64,000 nucleotides of DNA from Candidatus Eiseniibacteriota bacterium (GTDB lineage Bacteria > Eisenbacteria > RBG-16-71-46 > CAIMUX01 > VGJL01): positions 32,001-96,000 of the forward strand of contig JBHGAY010000007.1 in the NCBI GenBank assembly GCA_041946735.1. The letters run 5' to 3'. The position numbers and the translations under genes were made by a program. This document shows, in pieces, positions 56,466 to 64,000 of this stretch; positions within the stretch are counted from its first letter, which is position 1; every line of letters begins with the position of its first letter. The notes beneath the pieces are model-generated. The model saw nothing but the letters and a program-made list of their open reading frames with translations, searched no databases and was not told the DNA's origin.

Positions 56466-58955
56466 CTACGGACTCAGCCGCGCCGAGACGATGTTCGACG
56501 AGCTCTGGAGCGAGCTGCCGTCGTCGATGTCCCGGTCGAAGACGACGACCCGGTAGTAGACGTCCTGATTCGGCCCTGTCCCCGGCGCGTCGGCGTACGT
56601 CGTCTGCTCCCGGTGATCGAGCGTGACGACGGGAGTGTTGATCGAGCCGGGGCTCATCCCGCGAAGCACCTGGTACTGGCGGAAGTCGTCGTCGGTGTTC
56701 ATCGTCCAGGTGAGCGACACGGTCGTCGTCGTCGTCCCCCCGACGCTGAGCGTCACCGGCGTCGGCGTCCGGTTCTCCGTCACGATCGACCGCTCCGCGG
56801 AGCCGGTGGTGCCGCCCGCGTCGTCCCGGAGGAAGAGCCGGTAGTAGTAACGCGTGTTGTCCTTCAGCCCGGCGTCCCGGTACTGGTTCAGGCTCGGATC
56901 GTCGATGCTGCGGACGAGCGTGGAGGCCTCCGTCACCCCGGGCGACGTGTCACGGTAGAGCCGGTAGGCGTCGAAGTCGTGGACCGACGCGCGCGACCAG
57001 GTCAGGCCGACCGTCGGGGTAGGAGCGTCCACCTCCTCGACGAGCGTCTGGATCGGAAGCGCCGGAGGATCGGCATTGGCGGTCTTGACGCGCACCTCGT
57101 TGCTCGGGGTCACGTGTCCGCCGTTGTCATGGACGAACAGTCGGTAGAAGTACTCGGTGTTCTCGATCAGTCCCGCATCCTCCCAACTCGTGCGCTCCTG
57201 CTCGTCGATCCGGCTGACAAGATCGTCGTCCTCCGTCACTCCGGAGTCCTCCGACCGGTAGAGCCGGTAGGAGCCGAAGTCCCGGTCCCCGTTCCTCGTC
57301 CAGCTCAGGCTCGCCGTCGTCTCGCCGGGATTGCCGGAGCTGTTCAGCGTGACGGCGGCCGGGAAGCGGTCGGGGATCGTCGCGCTCTCCTCGTTGCTCG
57401 GCGCCGATTCGCCGAAGCTGTCTTCGACGACGACGACGTAGTAGTACTGCTTCCCCTCTTCGATCTGAAGCCTGTCGTCGTAGGTCGTCTGCGCGCTGTT
57501 CGTGATCTCGGTCAAGACGCGCCGGTCCGGATCGCTCAGGACCCCGGCCTGCTCGCCCCGAATCACGCGGTAGCGGCCGAAGTCCTGCTCGGCGGCCCGC
57601 GACCAGGAGAGGCTCACCGACTCTTCGGTCACCGAGTACGGCTCGTGGAGCAGCACCGCCTCCGGCGGAGCGCTCGCGGAGGCGGCCCCGGAGACCTCGT
57701 TGCTCGGCGTCGCGAAGCCGTTGGGGTCGACCAGCTCCACCACGTAGTAGTAGGTCACTCCGGGCGTGAGACCGGAATCGGTAAAGGTCGTCTGGCCCGG
57801 GCTCGTCGTCTCCTGCACCAGCCGCCGCGACGGCAGATCGGCGACTCCAGGAGAGGTCGCGCGGTAGAGCCGGTAGCGGCCGAAGGGGGCGCCCTCCGGC
57901 ACCTGCGACCAGCTGATCGAAAGCTTCCGGGGTCCGGCCGTGCTCGGCGGGTTGAGCTGGAGGGCGGGCGGGTCGGCGTGGATGGTCAGGCGGCGCGCGG
58001 CCGTCTTCTCCGGAGCGCGGTTGCCCGCTTCGTCCTGGAACGTCCCGACCACCTCGCCGCCGATGAACTGTCCCGTCGGCTCCGCCTCGTAGAGCAGCGT
58101 GTAGATGCCGTCGCCGGCCACCGCGTCCGGATCGATTCCATCGTCGTGCATCTCGCGTGCGATGGCGCCACGCGGGACCTCGAGCGCGGCCACTCCGCCC
58201 GTCTCGCCGGCATCGAGCCGGAAGACGATCCGGTCTCCGGGGGCGCGCGTATCGCTTCCGTCGAACTCGACCGACTCGATCGCCGCGTGCGTGTCGAGCC
58301 GGATGTCGTCGGAAACCACCTCCGATTCGTTGCCATCGGCGTCGACGAACCGGGCATAGACGGTCTTCGCTCCGTCCCCGGCGGGAAGACGGAAGCTCAC
58401 CGCCGGCGAGAAGCGCAGTGTCGTCGGGTCGGACATCGACGGGTCGGAGGAGAGCGAGACCGAGGAGGTCCCATCCGGCGCCTGAAGCAGCACGGCGACG
58501 TCCTGCGAGGAGGTAGCCGCCCGGCCCGACTCGATCGTCACGGCGAAGAGGCCCGGACTCACGATCACCTCGGGCGAGCGGCGCCCTTCGAGCCCGTTTC
58601 GGAGGACCGAGCTCACGGAAAAGGCGACCGGCTGGCCGTTGTGCAGATCGCGCATCGTCTTCGGGCTCGTGGCCGAGGAGTCAACCAGCTCCGGCGAGGA
58701 CGCGGGCAGCACACGCTTCCAGATCCTGTAGATGCGGACATCGGAGGCGGTCGAGGAGTCGGGAAGCTCCCAGCGAAGGGTCACGCTTCGATTGGCGCCG
58801 CTCCCGCTCAGCTCGACCGGGACGGGCGGCGACGAGGCTCCATCGTCCGGATCGCGCGGATTGGTGAGCGACTGATCGTGGTCCTTCGAGCAGCTCGTCG
58901 CGAAGGCGAGCCACGCGACGGCGAGGAGGGTCGTCCAAAGCAGCGGTCTTCTCAT
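56466..58955 (-). CDS. Large lipoprotein with multiple fibronectin type III repeats
   Basis: Lipobox ATS-C; repeated LSW...Y.LYR...D.GL..NT.YYY...SNE modules; HDDGIDPDAVAGDGIYT (choice-of-anchor X-like). Confidence 0.85.
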   Translation of the reverse strand: MRRPLLWTTLLAVAWLAFATSCSKDHDQSLTNPRDPDDGASSPPVPVELSGSGANRSVTLRWELPDSSTASDVRIYRIWKRVLPASSPELVDSSATSPKTMRDLHNGQPVAFSVSSVLRNGLEGRRSPEVIVSPGLFAVTIESGRAATSSQDVAVLLQAPDGTSSVSLSSDPSMSDPTTLRFSPAVSFRLPAGDGAKTVYARFVDADGNESEVVSDDIRLDTHAAIESVEFDGSDTRAPGDRIVFRLDAGETGGVAALEVPRGAIAREMHDDGIDPDAVAGDGIYTLLYEAEPTGQFIGGEVVGTFQDEAGNRAPEKTAARRLTIHADPPALQLNPPSTAGPRKLSISWSQVPEGAPFGRYRLYRATSPGVADLPSRRLVQETTSPGQTTFTDSGLTPGVTYYYVVELVDPNGFATPSNEVSGAASASAPPEAVLLHEPYSVTEESVSLSWSRAAEQDFGRYRVIRGEQAGVLSDPDRRVLTEITNSAQTTYDDRLQIEEGKQYYYVVVVEDSFGESAPSNEESATIPDRFPAAVTLNSSGNPGETTASLSWTRNGDRDFGSYRLYRSEDSGVTEDDDLVSRIDEQERTSWEDAGLIENTEYFYRLFVHDNGGHVTPSNEVRVKTANADPPALPIQTLVEEVDAPTPTVGLTWSRASVHDFDAYRLYRDTSPGVTEASTLVRSIDDPSLNQYRDAGLKDNTRYYYRLFLRDDAGGTTGSAERSIVTENRTPTPVTLSVGGTTTTTVSLTWTMNTDDDFRQYQVLRGMSPGSINTPVVTLDHREQTTYADAPGTGPNQDVYYRVVVFDRDIDDGSSLQSSSNIVSARLSP

Positions 58956-59845
58956 CGGGATCCTCCTTCCTGGGGATTCCAGCGCACGACGAGCATCGCC
59001 CCGTCCTCACGCGGGCGCAGACCCAGCTCGGGACCATCGTTCCCCCACGGGGAGATCGAGGCGAAGCTCCCCTCCGAGGGGGACGGGAAGAAGAAGAGGG
59101 CGTCGATCAGCGAGAGTGCCCACACGCCGCCGGTCGCGTACAGGAACCCCTGGCGCCAATCGTAGGCCCGATCGGCTCGGTCCTGCGCCCGCTCGGCGGC
59201 GGCGCGCCGCTCGTCGAGCTGGTCGAGCCGTCCCTCGTGCAGATAGGCGTTGCGCGCGCTCTCGAAATCGTCGACGCGGTCCTGGTACTCGATCTCCGTC
59301 CAGAGTAGGCCGCCGGCTGCCAAGGCTGTCCCGACCAGGAAGGCGGTCCCCTTCGCAGGGCGCCCGGCATAGAACTGCCCCCATCCCGGAATGAACAGGG
59401 AACGCAGACCGGCCTTCCACGCTTGCTTGCGCGAGAGCCGGATGTCGAGATTGCGTGCGGCGCCGGGCTCGAGATCGATCGTCCTCTGCCACCGCTCGTA
59501 CCCGTCGAGGGACGCCGTCACGGCGTAGCGTCCCTGCAGGCCTCGCTGGAGGTCCCACGGGGTCACGCCGCGCCACTCGTGCTCCCCTTCGAGGACGACC
59601 AGCGCCCCGGGCGGCTCCGAGCGAATCCGGAGAGACGCGCCGGCAAGTCCCCCACCGGGCGTCGTCGGCGGAGCGACCGCCTGCGCGATGTCGCCCCGGT
59701 CGCCTCGGTCCTCCCCCGCATCGTGCGTCGCGGCGCATGCGACTTCCGCAGCGCCGAACGTCGCGAAGGAGAGCGCCGCGGCGAGCCAGAGGCTCCCCGC
59801 GCCGATCCCTTCCCTCTTCCTCTCTGGTCGTCTCATCGATCGCAC
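58952..59845 (-). CDS. PEGA-domain protein with DUF5683-like membrane region
   Basis: IRSEPPGALV..G...GVTP (PEGA), SLFIPGWGQFY, WALSLIDA. Confidence 0.78.
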   Translation of the reverse strand: MRSMRRPERKREGIGAGSLWLAAALSFATFGAAEVACAATHDAGEDRGDRGDIAQAVAPPTTPGGGLAGASLRIRSEPPGALVVLEGEHEWRGVTPWDLQRGLQGRYAVTASLDGYERWQRTIDLEPGAARNLDIRLSRKQAWKAGLRSLFIPGWGQFYAGRPAKGTAFLVGTALAAGGLLWTEIEYQDRVDDFESARNAYLHEGRLDQLDERRAAAERAQDRADRAYDWRQGFLYATGGVWALSLIDALFFFPSPSEGSFASISPWGNDGPELGLRPREDGAMLVVRWNPQEGGSR

Positions 59846-59849
59846 CTCG

Positions 59850-60653
59850 CTAGCTCTCCGCCCGGGATCTTCCCCCGGGGCTCTGCTTTTCCTGCCGACC
59901 CGCCTCCCCCGGCGCGTCCGGAACGACCGGAGCGACCGGAGAGGATCGGGAGCTCAGAACGGGACCGTTCGCGGGCCCGGACCGCTTCTCTTTCCAGTAG
60001 TCCGCAGGCGCGGGTGGATCCTCCGCGCGGAGCACCACCCGGACGGTGGCGAACAGGATCGAGAGGTCGGTCCAGAACGAGATCCGCTCGAGATACAGGA
60101 CGTCGAGGCGGATCCGCTCGTCCCAGGGGAGCGACTTGCGCCCGCGAACCTGCGCGTAGCCGGTCAGGCCCGGCCGGAGGCGCAGCCGCTGCCGCTGGAA
60201 CGAGTCGTACTGCTTCACCTGATACGCGAGCGTCGGCCTCGGGCCGACGAAGCTCATCTCTCCCCGCGCGATGTTCCAGATCTGGGGCAGCTCGTCGAGA
60301 CTGAGCGCGCGGAGGACGCGCCCCACTCGCGTTACGCGCGGGTCGTTCTCCGTCACCAGCATCCCCGTTCCCAATCGCTGCGCGCCCGGCACCATCGTTC
60401 GGAATTTGAGGATCGTGAACGCCCGGCCGAGCAAGCCGATCCTCTGCTGCCGGAACAGGACGCCGCCCGGGCCGTCGATCCGGATCGCGAGAGCGATCAC
60501 GAGGAAGAGCGGAGCCAGCGCGATCGCCGCCACGGTGGCGATCGACCGGTCGAGGGCTGGCTTCGCGAACCGGGCGTAGAACCCCTCGGCGGGCCGCTCG
60601 GGCAGCGGTCCGAGATCCAATGCGGTCTCCGGCGCGCTCTCGCGTCCGCTCAT
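59850..60653 (-). CDS. Initiating phosphoglycosyl transferase (Bac_transf, PglC-like)
   Basis: KFRTM, DPRVTRVG..LR..SLDELPQ, GEMSFVGPRP, RPGLTGYAQV. Confidence 0.93.
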   Translation of the reverse strand: MSGRESAPETALDLGPLPERPAEGFYARFAKPALDRSIATVAAIALAPLFLVIALAIRIDGPGGVLFRQQRIGLLGRAFTILKFRTMVPGAQRLGTGMLVTENDPRVTRVGRVLRALSLDELPQIWNIARGEMSFVGPRPTLAYQVKQYDSFQRQRLRLRPGLTGYAQVRGRKSLPWDERIRLDVLYLERISFWTDLSILFATVRVVLRAEDPPAPADYWKEKRSGPANGPVLSSRSSPVAPVVPDAPGEAGRQEKQSPGGRSRAES

Positions 60654-61841
60654 TCAGGCGGTTCGTCCCTCCAGCTTCGCGCGGATCGCCGGCGCATGCT
60701 CGCGGCAGGCGCGCACCCCCTCGACGACCCGATCGACGATCTCGTCGGTCATGTGCGTGTAGAGCGGGAGGCAGAGCACCTCTGCGCAGACCCGCTCCGT
60801 ATTCGGATAGTTGCCCCCGAGTCCCGGGAGATGGCGGAACCGGGTCTGTTTGTGCAGCGGCGGATGGAAGTAGATCTTCGACCGGATTCCCCCGGGGTGC
60901 AGCGCCTGCTGCAGCTCCCGGTTGGAGAGCCCGAAGCGGCCCGCGTCCACGCGGATCGCGAAGTAGTTGTGCGTGGAGCGGCAGGCGGGATCGATCCGCT
61001 GGAACGAGAGGCCCGGAACGTCCTCCAGCCCTTCGCGGTAGCGGGTCACGAAGCGCGCCCGTCGCTCGACGTTCTCCTCGAGGCGCGACAGGGACAGGAA
61101 TCCGAGGAGCGCGTGCAGCTCGCTCTGGCGCGCGTTCAGGCCGGCCACCACGCAATCGTAGTCCCCCGGATTGCCGTAGTTGCGCGCGACCCGCAGATCC
61201 CGAGCCAGCTCCCGGTTGCGCGTCGCCACGATTCCCCCTTCGCCGGACACCGTCACCTTCGTCGGCGCAAGGCTGAAGATCTCGGCCTCGCCGAACGAGC
61301 CCGCCATACGATCGCCGAGCCGCGTGCCGAGCGCGTGCGCCGCATCGCTGAAGCTGGCGACGCCCCGGGTGGCGAGGAGCGGTTCGAGGCGTCCCCAGTC
61401 CGGCGCATTGCCGAAGATGTAGACCGGAACGACGGCTGCGGCGGGCGCCGCCGCGAGAGCGCGCTCGACCTCGACGGGATCGAGATTGAAGCTCTCCGGA
61501 TCGCAGTCGAGCAGCTGCGGCTCCAGGCCGTTCCAGAGCAGGATGTGCAAGGTCGCAGGGAACGTGAAGGAGGGAAGCAAGACCCGCCCCTTCAAGCCGA
61601 GCAGCTTCGCCACCAGGATCAGCCCCGATGTTGCGGAGGAGAGAGCAACCGCCTCAGGGACACCCAGGCGCTCGGCCGCCTCCTCCTCGAGGCGGCGGAC
61701 CCAGCGGTCGTTGGTGATCTGACGCGACTCGAAGATCGCGCGCAGCTCGCGCGCATAGGAGTCGAAGTCGGGCAGCGTCGGCTCGCTGATCGGGATCGTG
61801 TCGGGCGGGGCCGGGCCTCCAAGTATCGCGGGTCGGTTCAT
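60654..61841 (-). CDS. DegT/DnrJ/EryC1/StrS sugar aminotransferase
   Basis: PSFTFPAT, DAAHALG, FSLAPTK (PLP lysine)...GEGG, CLPLY. Confidence 0.92.
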   Translation of the reverse strand: MNRPAILGGPAPPDTIPISEPTLPDFDSYARELRAIFESRQITNDRWVRRLEEEAAERLGVPEAVALSSATSGLILVAKLLGLKGRVLLPSFTFPATLHILLWNGLEPQLLDCDPESFNLDPVEVERALAAAPAAAVVPVYIFGNAPDWGRLEPLLATRGVASFSDAAHALGTRLGDRMAGSFGEAEIFSLAPTKVTVSGEGGIVATRNRELARDLRVARNYGNPGDYDCVVAGLNARQSELHALLGFLSLSRLEENVERRARFVTRYREGLEDVPGLSFQRIDPACRSTHNYFAIRVDAGRFGLSNRELQQALHPGGIRSKIYFHPPLHKQTRFRHLPGLGGNYPNTERVCAEVLCLPLYTHMTDEIVDRVVEGVRACREHAPAIRAKLEGRTA

Positions 61842-63304
61842 CCGGTTTCCTCCATCGATGTATCGTTTCGGGTCAGCCTCTCCTCTACGGCGACAATCCC
61901 CGTGATCAGGAAGAAGAGGCCGGCCAGGCTGAAGTCGAGGAACCTCTGACCGAAGAGGTTCAGCACGAACAGGCTGAGAATCACGCCGTGATACGCCCGG
62001 CCGAGAGCGGCCGGGCGCCCGCCGCGCGGGATCAATCGCGACCCCAGGCGCCAGCAGGAATAGAAGAGCCACAGCAGCAGAAGCAGGCCGACGATTCCCA
62101 TCTCCCCTGCGACCTGGAGATAGAGGTTGTGGGCGTGCTTGAACACCCCGGCGGCCAGTCCGGTAGCGGGGATCAGGTTGCCGAAGCCCACGCCCGCGAT
62201 CGGGTGCTCCGCGACCACCTTCAGGATCGCCTTCCAGACGGTGATCCTCCCTCCCGACGTCGCGTCGAGCGCCGTCGCCGCGTCGTCCGCCTCGGCCGCC
62301 GTGTAGGTGGCGACGATCCGCTCGCGGACGAAGCTCGGCGCCCAGAAGAAGCTGCTCCCGAGAACGGCGAGGAGGAGAACCGTGGAGACGAGGCTCGTGC
62401 GCAGCGACTGCGGCAGCGCGGCGGCGAGGTAGCCGGCGTAGCCTCCCCGGGAATTGGGGAGGATCAAGCCGATCGCCTGAGCGAGCGCGGCGACGGCGAT
62501 CAGCACCCGTTTGGGACCGCGATAGGCGGCGAGCATCGAAAGGCTGAAGACCCCGCCGATGGCGAGATACGCGGCCATCCGGTTGATATCGCCGAGGCCC
62601 CCAGGGGTACGGTAGCCGAAGCCGAACTCGAGCGCCTCGCGCACGGGTCCGAGGACTGCGGCGAAGCCTCCGATCATGACCCAGCCGATCATCCTCCCTA
62701 CCTGTTTCCGGTCGCCCACGAGGTGGGTCACGATCGGGAAGGCGAGGAATCCCTCCACGATCAGCCAGACGCCCTGGAGCTTCACGAACGGCCCCGGGGC
62801 GTCCGGGCTCTTCCACAGGAAGATTCCGTGGATCATCGAGAGCAACAACGCGATCGCGAAGACCAGGTAGGGCAGGTCGAGGGGCGTCGCGACGACGCCC
62901 TGCACCTTGCCTTGCAGCATCAGGATCGCGACACCGATCAGGGAGCCGAAGACGAGCAGGTTCGCAGCGTTCACGAAGGGGATCGGCGACTTCGGAAGCC
63001 AGTCGGCGAACGGCAGCGCCAGACAGAGCAGATACGGAATCGTTCGCGGCCGCGCGGCGAGGAACGCCAGAACGCCGAGAACGGCGACCACCTTGAAGAG
63101 ACGGTGCGGCGCCTGGTTCGTCCGGTACCCGAGAAGCGGCAGAGCGATCGCCAGGAAGACGGCCGCGAGGGTCGCGGCGATCGTCACCAGCGCCGTCCGG
63201 TGACGGTCGAACAGCTCCCAGAAGCCGGGAGGCGCTTCGGCCAGGCCGGGAACGAACGCCGCGGGATCAGGCGGACGGTCGGATGGTTCCCGGAGTTCCG
63301 GCAT
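61838..63304 (-). CDS. O-antigen ligase / Wzy-like polymerase
   Basis: Many TM helices, NSRGGY, GRITVW...HPIAGVGFG, HAHNLYLQVAGEMGIVG. Confidence 0.88.
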   Translation of the reverse strand: MPELREPSDRPPDPAAFVPGLAEAPPGFWELFDRHRTALVTIAATLAAVFLAIALPLLGYRTNQAPHRLFKVVAVLGVLAFLAARPRTIPYLLCLALPFADWLPKSPIPFVNAANLLVFGSLIGVAILMLQGKVQGVVATPLDLPYLVFAIALLLSMIHGIFLWKSPDAPGPFVKLQGVWLIVEGFLAFPIVTHLVGDRKQVGRMIGWVMIGGFAAVLGPVREALEFGFGYRTPGGLGDINRMAAYLAIGGVFSLSMLAAYRGPKRVLIAVAALAQAIGLILPNSRGGYAGYLAAALPQSLRTSLVSTVLLLAVLGSSFFWAPSFVRERIVATYTAAEADDAATALDATSGGRITVWKAILKVVAEHPIAGVGFGNLIPATGLAAGVFKHAHNLYLQVAGEMGIVGLLLLLWLFYSCWRLGSRLIPRGGRPAALGRAYHGVILSLFVLNLFGQRFLDFSLAGLFFLITGIVAVEERLTRNDTSMEETG

Positions 63305-64000
63305 CGCTTCTCTCCTGCAACGGCGCAGTCTCGGACTGCTTCGCACTCTCTCTCGCTTGCGAAGGGAACGTACGAGCGCCGAGGAAACCGCCGAGCTGAT
63401 CGGCGAGCGTCTGCGCGACCGCGATGTCCTCGGGATGCAGAATCCGCCCGGCGGTGGAGCCGAGGCCGAGAATGCCGATCAACGTCCCTCCCCCGCGGAC
63501 GGGAAGGTAGATCGTCAGGCCATGGCTCTTCGCCATCGTTTCGCAGGCGATCTGCAGAGGGATCTCCTCGAGGCGGTGCGCCTCCTCGAGGAGCAGAGGC
63601 CGTTCCGTCTGCTCCATCGCGGCGCGGAGCGGGTGCGTCTCGTCGAGCACCGGCAGCGCCGGCTCGGAGAGCGGCAAGAGCTGCTTCCCCTCCCCGCCGG
63701 CGATCCAGATCTGGAGACGGACGGGGCCGATCGTGTTGCGAAGCAGGTCACGCAGAGCGGGGGTCAGGCGATCGAGCGCGTCGACCCCGGCGAAAGCGCG
63801 GTTCGCCTGCTCCCAGAGGTGGCGATAGTCGAAGCGTGAGACGAAGAGGTTCCGGTCGAGGAAGCGGCGGACGTCGCCGCGAAGTCCAGGGAACGCCGAA
63901 AGGAGAAAGACGAGCAGCAAGATCGAGACGGTCACCTTCTCGTACCATCGAGCTTCCCACGGGACGCCGAAATACCGGAAGACCTGCGAGAGCAGGGCGA
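63267..64000 (-). CDS. PrsK-like membrane sensor (TM + GAF) lacking a kinase domain; 5' part outside window
   Basis: Frame open to the window edge: RYFGVPW...LRGDVRRFLDRNLFVSRFDYRHLW, then a GAF-like region and a stop at 63267 with no HisKA/HATPase. Confidence 0.7.
   Translation of the reverse strand, partial: ALLSQVFRYFGVPWEARWYEKVTVSILLLVFLLSAFPGLRGDVRRFLDRNLFVSRFDYRHLWEQANRAFAGVDALDRLTPALRDLLRNTIGPVRLQIWIAGGEGKQLLPLSEPALPVLDETHPLRAAMEQTERPLLLEEAHRLEEIPLQIACETMAKSHGLTIYLPVRGGGTLIGILGLGSTAGRILHPEDIAVAQTLADQLGGFLGARTFPSQARESAKQSETAPLQERSDAGTPGTIRPSA

Noticed and set aside
60654..61841. DegT aminotransferase as the missing GnnB
   Set aside because: It is coupled to a PglC-like transferase and ligase, which fits polysaccharide sugar synthesis better; cannot be assigned without a phylogeny.

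Overview
GC-rich (roughly 70% by eye) diderm bacterial chromosome segment, almost all housekeeping and envelope genes. Gene order (lolD-mcsA-mcsB-clpC-bamA-skp-lpxD-lpxC/fabZ-lpxA-Gfo/Idh/MocA-lpxB), the LpxC-FabZ fusion and a PorV/PorQ-like gene suggest an FCB-related lineage such as Latescibacterota, Eisenbacteria or Gemmatimonadota; this is inference only. From 1 to 39.7 kb genes are almost all on the + strand: lipid A cluster, nadB, mutL-miaA, der-plsY-gpsA, surE-pcm-apt, 4 tRNAs, uvrC-xer, and a Tudor-SNF2 helicase with a Zn-finger partner. From 39.7 to 64 kb genes are almost all on the - strand: M16 peptidase, thioredoxins, holA-lptE, a sigma54 two-component pair, and a polysaccharide/PEP-CTERM-type cluster. 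A 28-bp dif-like XerCD site (42664-42691) lies close to this strand switch, so the window probably spans the replication terminus. Best leads are the SNF2 ATPase with a PcrA/UvrD-like Tudor domain plus its coupled Zn-finger partner, a PrsK-like sensor that lacks any kinase domain, a possible GlcN3N lipid A pathway, a 4x CTGGCACG array, and a structured intergenic region next to dif. No CRISPR array, rRNA, IS element or prophage was seen. All product calls come from motif recognition by eye, without database searches.
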